Assembly (NCBI GenBank): GCA_038064015.1
Contig: JBBTUB010000023.1
Location: 369-64,368 of the forward strand
Length of the DNA: 64,000 nt
From: Patescibacteria group bacterium
GTDB taxonomy: Bacteria > Patescibacteriota > Minisyncoccia > 2-02-FULL-40-12 > IGHO2-01-FULL-4-A
Direction of reading: 5' to 3'
The notes beneath the pieces are model-generated. The model ran no database searches, had not been told where the DNA came from, and worked only from the letters and a program-made list of their open reading frames with translations. The number at the start of each line of letters is the position of its first letter. The first letter of the stretch is position 1. Positions 28,534 to 37,586 of the stretch are shown in pieces. Position numbers and translations under genes: made by a program.

Positions 28534-29613
28534 CTATCGCTTTACCGAGTATGCCCCGTAGCATCCGCCGGGAACATTCCATGTTCCGGAGCCACTGCCT
28601 GATGCTAGAAGTTTGCCGGAAAGATTAATTGTGCCTTGCATGACAGACCCGGAGCCGGACAAAGACCAGCCCCCGCTCATCGTACCGGCATTATTCACTG
28701 ATCCGCCGCCATAGAATGCCGTGCCAACCCCATCAATGTTGACGGGGCCTTGAAAGGTACCGTCGGCTTTGACGGTGAACGACACGGTCCCGCCGGGACA
28801 TCCCGCCTGCGCGGCGAGAGAGTTGGGGGTAAATCTTCCGCTCCAAAAACCAATGAACGATGCAATCGTCGTGCCGGATTGAGCCGTTGGAGTTGCGGTA
28901 CCCGCAGGAGCGGGAGTTTGGGTCGCGGAAGGAACTTGTGCTTGAGTTGCCAAGGTCGAACTTACGATCGTGATGACCTGAGCGGAATTGCCTGCCGCCA
29001 TGGTAGCATTACTTCCGGTGCCTGTTCCGATGATATCTACCTGCAAGGTTCCATTCGTAGCTCCGGCTTGCAACTGGGTTTCGATGGCCTTACGAACCGC
29101 CCCCGCATTTTTTCGAAAGAGAAACCCATACCACGGCAAATCTATTTCAACATTCCCGCCACTCATGACCACCACCGTCCCATTGAGCGTGGAGCTGAAC
29201 AAGCCGAGAAACTTTGCCGGCTGGCGATACTCAATGCGAATCTCGTTGCTCTTGATTTCAATGTCGGTAATAGCTGCCTGCTCTTGGATTACGAGTGAGG
29301 CATATGCATCAAGGTCTTGATTGTTGGTAACGCTGATAATCCTGCCGTTCGCATCATTGATTTGCACCGAGCCGTCGGTCTGCGTCGTAATCGTCCGCGC
29401 ACCGCCACCGATCTCTACGGTCGTACTACCCGAATTATTGGTCGTGATGTCCATCCCGGGCCGATTCACCGTCGTATTGCCACTCGCATCAGTCCCCGTC
29501 TTGATGTCGGGACGACTTGGTATAGTAACTGCTTGCGCAGCACTTGCGACCACACCAAACGCAATGCTCAAAAAAATCCCTACTACGAGTACTTGTTTAT
29601 AAAGTATATTCAT
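28534..29613 (-). CDS. Secreted Thr/Gly-rich hypothetical surface protein
   Basis: Signal peptide (AQA), beta-repeat N-region, PAKFLGLF...PWYGFL domain, Pro/Thr linker, C-terminal beta domain with two Cys; TATACT 6 nt before ATG 29613. Confidence 0.75.
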   Translation of the reverse strand: MNILYKQVLVVGIFLSIAFGVVASAAQAVTIPSRPDIKTGTDASGNTTVNRPGMDITTNNSGSTTVEIGGGARTITTQTDGSVQINDANGRIISVTNNQDLDAYASLVIQEQAAITDIEIKSNEIRIEYRQPAKFLGLFSSTLNGTVVVMSGGNVEIDLPWYGFLFRKNAGAVRKAIETQLQAGATNGTLQVDIIGTGTGSNATMAAGNSAQVITIVSSTLATQAQVPSATQTPAPAGTATPTAQSGTTIASFIGFWSGRFTPNSLAAQAGCPGGTVSFTVKADGTFQGPVNIDGVGTAFYGGGSVNNAGTMSGGWSLSGSGSVMQGTINLSGKLLASGSGSGTWNVPGGCYGAYSVKR

Positions 29614-29633
29614 AGTTTCAGTATACAAGCTGG

Positions 29634-30221
29634 TTACTTTTTGGCAAGCAGCTTCAGCGCCGCGGTGATTTTGTCTTCGGATTTTGCGAGCTTGGCGTCA
29701 ACTTGCTTCATCGCGTCGCGGGCTTGGTACTGGGTGTAGCCAAGCGCCATGAGCGCTTCGATCGCGTCGGACTCGGAGGAGAGATTTGCTCGTGCGCCAT
29801 CGCCGAGATTCACTCCCGCAATCTTTTCTTTGAGCTCCAAGATCAGCCGCTGGGCGGTTTTGGGACCAAGGCCCGCGACTTTATGGAGGTATGTCTCATC
29901 ACCTTGGATAATTGCAAGTTGTAACGGCTGCAGGTCCGCTTTCGTCAGTATCGCTTGGGCGCTCTTTGGGCCAATCCCGGAGATGCTGGTAAGTAATTCA
30001 AAGAATGCGAGCTCCTCCGGCGTGCCAAAGCCAAAAAGCTCCACCGCGCCGTCTCGCGGATTCATCGTGAAGTGCGTATAGAGCTTGATTTCCGAGCCGA
30101 TTGATGCTAGACTAGAGTGCATTTTTTCCGGGATGACCACGCGATAGCCTACGCCGTTGACGTCCAAAATCATATATTTTGCAGTCACCGCTTGGATTTT
30201 CCCAGATAGGTAACCAATCAT
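29634..30221 (-). CDS. ruvA: Holliday junction branch migration protein RuvA
   Basis: MIGYLSG, VNGVGY, ISGIGPKSA, GLGPKTAQRLILELK, ALMALGY. Confidence 0.97.
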   Translation of the reverse strand: MIGYLSGKIQAVTAKYMILDVNGVGYRVVIPEKMHSSLASIGSEIKLYTHFTMNPRDGAVELFGFGTPEELAFFELLTSISGIGPKSAQAILTKADLQPLQLAIIQGDETYLHKVAGLGPKTAQRLILELKEKIAGVNLGDGARANLSSESDAIEALMALGYTQYQARDAMKQVDAKLAKSEDKITAALKLLAKK

Positions 30222-30230
30222 CACTTAAGT

Positions 30231-32225
30231 ATGTTTCAATTAGCTTCCAAATTCAAGGTGGCAGGAGACCAGCCTCAAGCAATTGAGAAGCTTTCGCGCG
30301 AGCTCGACAAGGGCCGCAAGAACCAGACGCTGGTCGGCGTGACCGGCTCCGGGAAGACCTTTACGCTTGCCAATGTCATCGCTCATCACCAAAAGCCTAC
30401 GTTGGTGATCTCACACAACAAGACGCTCGCCGCGCAGCTCTACCAAGAGTTCAAGGATTTTTTCCCGCACAATGCGGTACACTACTTTGTTTCGTACTAC
30501 GACTACTACCAGCCTGAGGCATACATCCCCCACTCCGACACCTATATCGAAAAAGATGCTAAGATCAACGAGGAAATCGACCGCCTTCGCCACGCCGCAA
30601 CGCAGGCATTACTCACGCGCGACGACGTCATTATTGTGGCGTCAGTATCATGCATCTATAACCTGGGCGACCCGGCGAACTATGAAAAAATCTCGCTTCA
30701 AATCCATGAAGGACAGAAGATCTCCCCCGCCGCGATTACTACCTCGCTCAAGCGATTGCAATACACCCAGGATATCGAACTGAAGCGCGGCACCTTTCGC
30801 AAGACTCGCAACGAGATCGAAATCGTGCCAGCAACCGGAGATCAAGTTATCAAGATCAGTTTTCCGGGAACGCACATTGCCATGGCCAGCAATGTCGACC
30901 TTGAAAAAATTATGTACCATGAGCCAAAATTTGAGCCGATTTCGGAAATAAAAATCTTTCCAGCCAAGTATTGGATCGCCGCTGACGAGAAGATCCATGT
31001 TGCGATCGCCAATATCAAAGCCGAACTTGATCAGCATATTAAGAAACTTAAAAAACAAGGCCTCTATCTCGAAGCCGATCGGCTCAAAGAACGCACGGAG
31101 CGAGACATGCAAATGCTCAAGGAAACCGGATTTTGCTACGGGATTGAGAACTACTCCAGCCACTTGGATTTTCGCGAGCCCGGCGATCCGCCGTATACGC
31201 TACTCGATTTTTTCAAGATCAAAGGCGAATTCTTGACGATCATCGACGAGTCCCATCTTACGATTCCTCAGCTCAACGGCATGCATGCCGGGGATTTTTC
31301 TCGAAAATCAACGCTTGTGGAGCACGGATTTCGCCTGCCCTCGGCGCTGGACAATCGCCCGCTTCGCTTTGACGAATTCACCAAACGCATCCAGCAGACA
31401 ATCTACATGTCGGCCACACCCAAAGAATACGAACTCAAAAAATCAGGCAAGGCCGGCATCGTCGAGCAACTCGTTCGTCCCACGGGGCTTTTGGATCCCA
31501 CGATCGAAATCCGTCCGACGAAAGATCAGATCCCTCATCTCCTTAAAGAAATTAAAAAACGCGTCGTAAACAAGCAGCGCATATTAGTCACGACGCTGAC
31601 GAAGCGCATGGCGGAAGACCTGACTGATTTTCTGGCGGAGGCCGGCATCAAGGTCAACTATATCCACTCTGATATCAAAACACTGCAACGCCTGGAAATT
31701 TTGCACGACTTGCGCCTGGGCAACTATGATGTGATCGTGGGCGTGAATTTACTCCGCGAAGGATTAGACTTGCCGGAAGTGTCGTTGGTAGCGATTCTTG
31801 ATGCCGATAAAGAAGGCTTCTTGCGCAACGCCACCACGCTCATCCAGACCATGGGACGCGCCGCCCGCCACCTCAACGGCCACGTGATCATGTACGCCGA
31901 CAAGCTTACCCGCTCCATGGACAACGCCATGAAAGAAACGGATCGCCGCCGCAAAGTCCAAGTAACCCACAACACGAAGCACGGCATCACACCCGAATCA
32001 ATCGTCAAAGAAGTAAAGCGATCCAGCCTGCCAGCAGCCAAAAAAGAAAAGATTTCGAAATGGTATTCGTATCAGCCCGGGGATGCGATTGATGAATCCA
32101 AGCTCACCCCATCCCAGCGCATCGACCGTCTCCAAAAAGAAATGGAGCGGGCGGTACATGATTTGCAATTTGAGAAAGCACTCTGGCTCCGTGAGCAAAT
32201 GCTTCAGTTACGAAAAGAATTATAA
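30231..32225 (+). CDS. uvrB: Excinuclease ABC subunit B
   Basis: GDQP, GVTGSGKT, YFVSYYDYYQPEAY, DESH, QTMGRAAR, C-terminal UVR domain. Confidence 0.98.
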   Translation: MFQLASKFKVAGDQPQAIEKLSRELDKGRKNQTLVGVTGSGKTFTLANVIAHHQKPTLVISHNKTLAAQLYQEFKDFFPHNAVHYFVSYYDYYQPEAYIPHSDTYIEKDAKINEEIDRLRHAATQALLTRDDVIIVASVSCIYNLGDPANYEKISLQIHEGQKISPAAITTSLKRLQYTQDIELKRGTFRKTRNEIEIVPATGDQVIKISFPGTHIAMASNVDLEKIMYHEPKFEPISEIKIFPAKYWIAADEKIHVAIANIKAELDQHIKKLKKQGLYLEADRLKERTERDMQMLKETGFCYGIENYSSHLDFREPGDPPYTLLDFFKIKGEFLTIIDESHLTIPQLNGMHAGDFSRKSTLVEHGFRLPSALDNRPLRFDEFTKRIQQTIYMSATPKEYELKKSGKAGIVEQLVRPTGLLDPTIEIRPTKDQIPHLLKEIKKRVVNKQRILVTTLTKRMAEDLTDFLAEAGIKVNYIHSDIKTLQRLEILHDLRLGNYDVIVGVNLLREGLDLPEVSLVAILDADKEGFLRNATTLIQTMGRAARHLNGHVIMYADKLTRSMDNAMKETDRRRKVQVTHNTKHGITPESIVKEVKRSSLPAAKKEKISKWYSYQPGDAIDESKLTPSQRIDRLQKEMERAVHDLQFEKALWLREQMLQLRKEL

Positions 32226-32228
32226 ATT

Positions 32229-32316
32229 TTCTCATTGCAGTCTTTTGCAAAATGCTGCAATGAATGCTCAAAACGAATAACAGCCCGACTTTTTCCGAAG
32301 AAAAAGCAGGGCTGCA
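32229..32316. terminator. Pair of hairpins between convergent uvrB and the 32361-32780 gene
   Basis: CATTGCAG...CTGCAATG and CAGCCC...GGGCTG stems. Confidence 0.5.
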
Positions 32317-32360
32317 GAAACTAAGCGACCACGGTAGTAAGGACCCGAGGTCCGAAGAGG

Positions 32361-32780
32361 CTACTTGCGAAGACGGACGGAGACGCTGTTGCGATTGAAG
32401 TTGTGGCCGAGGTAGTAGCAAAAGAACAGCGTGCGCTTCTTGCCACGCCGTGGGCTGAGACATGGCACAACCCAGCAGCCGCTCGGACCCCGCCCAACCG
32501 TCCCTAGCGCGAGCAGGTACTTGTCGTCCAGCTCGCGCGGGATTTTGGTGACCATGCCCCGCAGGCACTCGAGGTGCTTCAGGCCTGCGGCGACCTCCCT
32601 TTCCTTGACCCAGAGTATCTTGCCCTTGATCACGTCCCCGTCTCCCTCCTGAAGGACGGGGACGAACTCCAGAGTTTCGCCCCCGATGAAGGGAACGTCT
32701 TCTATAAGCTCCCAGCCGTCATTGGAGCCTGACGGAGGCTTCAACTGCATTTGTGGGATAGGCCATATGTGCGTTGCCAT
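32361..32780 (-). CDS. Hypothetical GC-rich protein with a C-terminus resembling CLec-like DGR variable proteins
   Basis: AAGGAGG SD before ATG 32780; C-terminus VPCL..RGKKRTL...GHNFNRNSVSVRLRK. Confidence 0.7.
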   Translation of the reverse strand: MATHIWPIPQMQLKPPSGSNDGWELIEDVPFIGGETLEFVPVLQEGDGDVIKGKILWVKEREVAAGLKHLECLRGMVTKIPRELDDKYLLALGTVGRGPSGCWVVPCLSPRRGKKRTLFFCYYLGHNFNRNSVSVRLRK

Positions 32781-32978
32781 GAGTTTTTTCCTCCTTTCAT
32801 GGCTTCGGATACAGCACTGAATACATGAATCTTCACACACTCAATGCTGTACCCGATCTTCGCAAAGTAGCTTCAAATCAAAGAACAAATATGTCTCGTA
32901 TCAAACCACAAATCGGTTATTTACGCAAGATCGCGAAAACGCTTGTTTTTTTACAAGAAGTATAGTATTATTTCCTTC

Positions 32979-33245
32979 ATGCCTATTACTACATCAGCCA
33001 AGAAAGCGCTTCGACAGTCAAAGCGCAAGAAATCATTCAATGACCGCCGCAAGCGGCTCTATCGTGATGCCGTCAAAGAGTTCAAAAAAGCAGTCGCCGC
33101 CAAGGAATTTGACAAAGCAAAATCGCTGCTCCCCCAGGTCTATAAGCGACTGGACAAAGCAGCGAAGTCTCATACCATTGCCAAAAACAAAGCGAGCCGA
33201 ACCAAGTCTCGTCTTACTGCACTGATGAAGTCGCCGAAGGCGTAG
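32979..33245 (+). CDS. rpsT: 30S ribosomal protein S20
   Basis: MPITTSAKKALRQ...LDKAAK...NKASRTKSRL. Confidence 0.97.
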   Translation: MPITTSAKKALRQSKRKKSFNDRRKRLYRDAVKEFKKAVAAKEFDKAKSLLPQVYKRLDKAAKSHTIAKNKASRTKSRLTALMKSPKA

Positions 33246-33561
33246 GCTTGAGAGTTTCTCTCGAACGCTTTTCTTTCTTTGCCTCAGTTTGTGCTTGCTT
33301 GAGGCAAGCATTTTTGACGCGCACGGCCATCTCATGCTTCTTCTTCGCTTCCTTCATGGCAACTTTGTACGCTTCCTCCGCACGGCGAAATCCGACTTTA
33401 CATGCGTCTGCCGAAGTTCCCTCAGGGACACTGATAGCCGCCGTCGTATCATCCGAAGAACCGGAAAAGCCAACGGTTTCTATGGCATTCAGATTCGCGG
33501 CATCGCCAATCGCGAACCCACCAACGAACAGGAGTCCTGCTGCAAGAATGAGTTTATTCAT
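33214..33561 (-). CDS. Secreted/membrane-anchored small helical hypothetical protein
   Basis: Signal-like N-terminus, two Cys, Lys/Ala-rich helix; TATAAT 6 nt before the ATG; overlaps the rpsT 3' end convergently. Confidence 0.7.
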   Translation of the reverse strand: MNKLILAAGLLFVGGFAIGDAANLNAIETVGFSGSSDDTTAAISVPEGTSADACKVGFRRAEEAYKVAMKEAKKKHEMAVRVKNACLKQAQTEAKKEKRSRETLKPTPSATSSVQ

Positions 33562-33600
33562 GGCTTTATTATAGTCTTTTTGGAAATAAAGTTATGCACA

Positions 33601-33668
33601 CCCAGTAAGACAACATCGCGTAGCTCCGCTTTTGCGGCTACGCCGCAGCGCGATGTTGCTCTACTGGG
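33601..33668. repeat. Nested inverted-repeat (REP-like) element downstream of ftsW
   Basis: CCCAGTA/TACTGGG, CAACATCGCG/CGCGATGTTG and inner CCGC-TTTT-GCGG stems. Confidence 0.7.
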
Positions 33669-33674
33669 CACACC

Positions 33675-34772
33675 TCAGCTCCGCGCCACGCTTCGTACTA
33701 CTCCCATCGCCGCCATCAGTGATACAAGCGATGAGCTGCCGTAGCTGATCAATGGCAGGGGTACGCCGGTCAGCGGCACTAATCCACTAATTGCGGCGAT
33801 ATTTATAAAAGCTTGGCCACCAATCCAAGTCGCAACACCCAACACGAAGAGGCGCCCGAAAGGATCCGTGGTGTGTTTCGCCAGCCTGATCATAGCAAAC
33901 AAGAAAGCGACATATAACGCGATCAGCGCGACGCCCCCGACGAATCCCAGTTCTTCAACCGTAATGGCAAAAATCGAGTCCCCCAGCGGCTCGGGCAGAT
34001 AATTGAGTTTTTGCCGGCTCTGCCCGTACCCAAGGCCAAACATACCGCCCGATCCGATACTGATCTTCGCTTGATTGATATGATACGAGGTTCCCTGTTT
34101 GTCCGAGTGCGGATCAAGGAATGTCTTGATCCGATCAAAACGATACGGCGCAGCCAGCGCCAGCCCTCCCAAGATGACCAGAGAGACGATGATTAAAGCC
34201 GCGATATGCTTGAACTTTGCTCCGGAGAAAAAAAACATCGCCATGCCGATCAAGATCACGATGCCGAGCGTACCAAAGTCCGGCTGAAGCACCAGGAGCG
34301 CCGCGACACATCCAAGAACTAAAAAAAACGGAATATGAGCAAAGACGCCATGGCCGCTCTTTTCTCGTCTCCCAAACCACGCCGCCAGATACACGATCAA
34401 CGCGAACTTGAGAAATTCAGCCGGTTGCACCGTTGCGATTTTTATATCCAGCCAACGCTGGGCGCCTTTCACTGGCGTACTCATACCTGGCACAAATATT
34501 AGAATCAGCGACACGATGGATAAAAGCAGAATTGGAAGAGCGAATCTGCGCCAACGATCATATTTAATTTTTGAAAATAACCAAAAAATTATGATACCCG
34601 GCAAAACACCAAATTCAATTTGATGCCAGAGAAAGCAATACGCGGAGCCGCACCTTTTCTGCCCTTCCGCCACGCCTGCCGAGGCGAGCATGACCAAGCC
34701 AAAAATAATAAGCGCGAAAAATAAAAACGTAACAACTTTAGTATTGGGCGAGTTTTTCTGCAAGGCCGACAT
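33675..34772 (-). CDS. ftsW: SEDS peptidoglycan polymerase FtsW
   Basis: GAQRW, QPAEFLK, LQPDFGT, YLPEPLGDSIF, PLTGVPLPLISYGSSS. Confidence 0.93.
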   Translation of the reverse strand: MSALQKNSPNTKVVTFLFFALIIFGLVMLASAGVAEGQKRCGSAYCFLWHQIEFGVLPGIIIFWLFSKIKYDRWRRFALPILLLSIVSLILIFVPGMSTPVKGAQRWLDIKIATVQPAEFLKFALIVYLAAWFGRREKSGHGVFAHIPFFLVLGCVAALLVLQPDFGTLGIVILIGMAMFFFSGAKFKHIAALIIVSLVILGGLALAAPYRFDRIKTFLDPHSDKQGTSYHINQAKISIGSGGMFGLGYGQSRQKLNYLPEPLGDSIFAITVEELGFVGGVALIALYVAFLFAMIRLAKHTTDPFGRLFVLGVATWIGGQAFINIAAISGLVPLTGVPLPLISYGSSSLVSLMAAMGVVRSVARS

Positions 34773-36075
34773 AGGTTTCAGGAGTGAGGGTGAGGAGTTC
34801 TTCTTTTATTTTTTGATCAATTTCCAAATTTTCAATAAACTTTCTCAAATCTTCAAGCGTCAGCTGCTTGCCGCGTGTCAGTTCCTTGAGCTTCTCATAC
34901 GGCATAGGCACGCCTTCGCGGCGCAAGATGGTCTGGATTGCCTCGGCAAGGACTTCAGGATGAGCCACCAGCGCTTCCCGCATGGCTGTTTCATTGATGG
35001 CAATTCTACTCAAACCATTCTGGAGTGAGTGATACGCAATCATAGAATACGCGAATGCAGAACCGATACTTCGCAACACCGTAGAATCCGACAAATCTCG
35101 TTGCAGTCGTGAGATAGGAAGTTTTTGGGAAAAATGATTCAACAAAGCATTCGCAAGCCCGAGATTCCCTTCACTATTTTCAAATTGGATGGGATTGATT
35201 TTGTGGGGCATCGTCGAAGAGCCAACTTCACCAGCGATGGCTTTTTGGATAATCCATTCGTCGCTAATATAGCGCCACATATCTTGATTAAAATCGATGA
35301 GGATCGAATTGATCCGGCGGAGCGTATCAAAGAGCTCGGCGAAGTTATCATAAGGTTCGATTTGTGTAGTGACGAGATTCGGCTCCAATCCAAGTGAGCG
35401 TATGAATTTTTTTGAAAATGCGATCCAGTCAATCTTGGGATACGCCGCAACCAGTGCGTTGTAGTTCCCAGTCGCGCCGTTGAGTTTTGCAAGCGCTTTC
35501 CACTGTTTGAGTTGTTCGAGTTGCCGCTGAAGACGATTTCTGAATACGGCCATCTCTTTTCCAAAGGTCGTAGGGCTTGCCGGCTGGCCATGCGTTCGCG
35601 CCAACATGGGAACGTTTTTAAATTTCAAGCTTGCGGCGATTTTCTCAAGCTCGGGAATCAGGACTTCTTGCAAGGCATCCTGAAGCATCAATGCATAGGG
35701 AATATTGGTCGCATCCCACGTCGTCAGTCCAAAATGAATCCACTCGATCGCATTTGCAAGCGTCGTTTCTTTGAGCTTTGACTTCATCCAGTACTCGATC
35801 GCCTTAAGATCGTGATTGGTTGTCGCCTCAATCTCTTTGATCGCTTCGGCGTCTTTGGCGCTAAACTGCTTCGCCAATTCTCGAATGCCGACAATTTCAG
35901 TTTTGGTTAATTTGCGTAGACCAATCCCTTGCACCTGCGAAAGCGCAATCAAGTACTCGCCCTCCATGTGCACCCGATACTTCATAAACGCTTCCTCGCT
36001 AAAAAACTTCACCAGCGGCTCGGTGTAGTTGCGGTAGCGACCGTCAATAGGAGAAATGGCGTCAAGCATGATCAT
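34738..36075 (-). CDS. purB: Adenylosuccinate lyase
   Basis: ISPIDGRY, TNHD, RTHGQPASPT, GSSTMPHKINP. Confidence 0.97.
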   Translation of the reverse strand: MIMLDAISPIDGRYRNYTEPLVKFFSEEAFMKYRVHMEGEYLIALSQVQGIGLRKLTKTEIVGIRELAKQFSAKDAEAIKEIEATTNHDLKAIEYWMKSKLKETTLANAIEWIHFGLTTWDATNIPYALMLQDALQEVLIPELEKIAASLKFKNVPMLARTHGQPASPTTFGKEMAVFRNRLQRQLEQLKQWKALAKLNGATGNYNALVAAYPKIDWIAFSKKFIRSLGLEPNLVTTQIEPYDNFAELFDTLRRINSILIDFNQDMWRYISDEWIIQKAIAGEVGSSTMPHKINPIQFENSEGNLGLANALLNHFSQKLPISRLQRDLSDSTVLRSIGSAFAYSMIAYHSLQNGLSRIAINETAMREALVAHPEVLAEAIQTILRREGVPMPYEKLKELTRGKQLTLEDLRKFIENLEIDQKIKEELLTLTPETYVGLAEKLAQY

Positions 36076-37586
36076 AGAAACTCAATCGTAGCAGGGGGCT
36101 TCTGGGTTATATCATACAGCACGCGGGTCACTCCTGCCACTTCATTGACAATGCGGCTGGCGGTGTGGGAGAGAAAGTCATGCGGGAACGGGTACCAGTC
36201 AGCGGTCATAAAGTCCGGCGTGGTGATGGCGCGCAGGAGAATCATATAGCCATACTCGCGCTCGTCGCCTTTTACGCCGACGGCGCGGCTCGTGTCGAGC
36301 GCGGCAAGGGCTTGTGAAATATGCCGGTAGTGACCGGCTTTTTTAATTTCTTCGATAAATATTGCGTCTGCTTTTCGCAAGATCTCCAGTCGCTCTGGCG
36401 TGATCTCGCCAAGGATGCGAATGCCAAGCCCCGGCCCCGGAAACGGATGGCGCCAGATGCTGTCCTCGGGAAGGCCAAGCTCCTTGCCCAGCGCGCGCAC
36501 TTCGTCTTTAAAAAGCTCTTTGAGCGGCTCGATGACGCGTCCTTGCTTGATGAGCTCCAGGACTTCCGGCGCGCGATTGTGATGCGTCTTAATCGTATCC
36601 GACGGCCCATGGACACTGACGCTTTCGATGACGTCCGGATACAGCGTCCCCTGGCTCAAGAAGTCTTTGGGGCCAACATGCGCCATCAAGACTTCAATAA
36701 ACACTCTTCCAATTATTTTTCTCTTCTGCTCGGGATCAGTTATCCCCTGTAATTCTTTCAAAAATTTCTCTGATGCATCGATAAACTGCACTTGCAACTT
36801 TAAACTCTTAAACTTTGAACGTACTTCTTTGGCTTCTTCCAGACGCAAGAGGCCATTGTCAATAAAAATATTTTTTGTTTTTACGCCGGATTTTTTTAAG
36901 AGCAGCGCTAATACCGTGGAATCTACCCCTCCGGAGAGCGCATGCACCACAGTGTTTATTCCACTATTCGCGCGAATTAGAGATAGGATGTCGCCCAGGA
37001 GATGCTTCGGGGTCCACTCCGGCTTCATCTCGCAAATTTTGGCGAAGTTCTCAAGAATCTTTGTCCCGTATTCCGTGTGTGCGACTTCGAGATGAAATTG
37101 CACACCATAGAAATTGCGCTTAGGATCGGCAATCGCCGCATGCGGCGACGTTGATGAATGTCCGATCGTCTTGAAGCCTTTAGGAAGCTTAGTAACGATA
37201 TCGAAGTGGGACATCCAGACGATTTGCTCTTTTGGTGTACCGGCAAAAAAAGCGTCTGAAACTTTTATTTTAGTTTTACCGTACTCTCGCTCCGTGCCGC
37301 TTTTTACCGTGCCACCGAGCATATGGGATAAAACTTGGATGCCGTAGCAAATGCCAAGAACCGGCTTGCCAAGGCTAAAGATGCCCGGATCCGGTAGTGC
37401 GCCGTCTTTGGCATAGACACTCGATGGACCACCGGAAAGTATAAAACCTCGAATGTTAGGATTTTGCAGTCTCGAAAGCGGAACATTATAAGCCACGATT
37501 TCCGCATGATACCGCATCGCCCGCAGTCTGCGGGCGATGAGTTGAGTTACTTGTGATCCGAAATCGAGGATTACTATCGTGTCCAT
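36072..37586 (-). CDS. guaA: GMP synthase (glutamine-hydrolysing)
   Basis: LDFGSQ, GICYG, SGGVDS, IKTHHN, HPFPGPGLG, KPPATIE. Confidence 0.98.
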   Translation of the reverse strand: MDTIVILDFGSQVTQLIARRLRAMRYHAEIVAYNVPLSRLQNPNIRGFILSGGPSSVYAKDGALPDPGIFSLGKPVLGICYGIQVLSHMLGGTVKSGTEREYGKTKIKVSDAFFAGTPKEQIVWMSHFDIVTKLPKGFKTIGHSSTSPHAAIADPKRNFYGVQFHLEVAHTEYGTKILENFAKICEMKPEWTPKHLLGDILSLIRANSGINTVVHALSGGVDSTVLALLLKKSGVKTKNIFIDNGLLRLEEAKEVRSKFKSLKLQVQFIDASEKFLKELQGITDPEQKRKIIGRVFIEVLMAHVGPKDFLSQGTLYPDVIESVSVHGPSDTIKTHHNRAPEVLELIKQGRVIEPLKELFKDEVRALGKELGLPEDSIWRHPFPGPGLGIRILGEITPERLEILRKADAIFIEEIKKAGHYRHISQALAALDTSRAVGVKGDEREYGYMILLRAITTPDFMTADWYPFPHDFLSHTASRIVNEVAGVTRVLYDITQKPPATIEFL

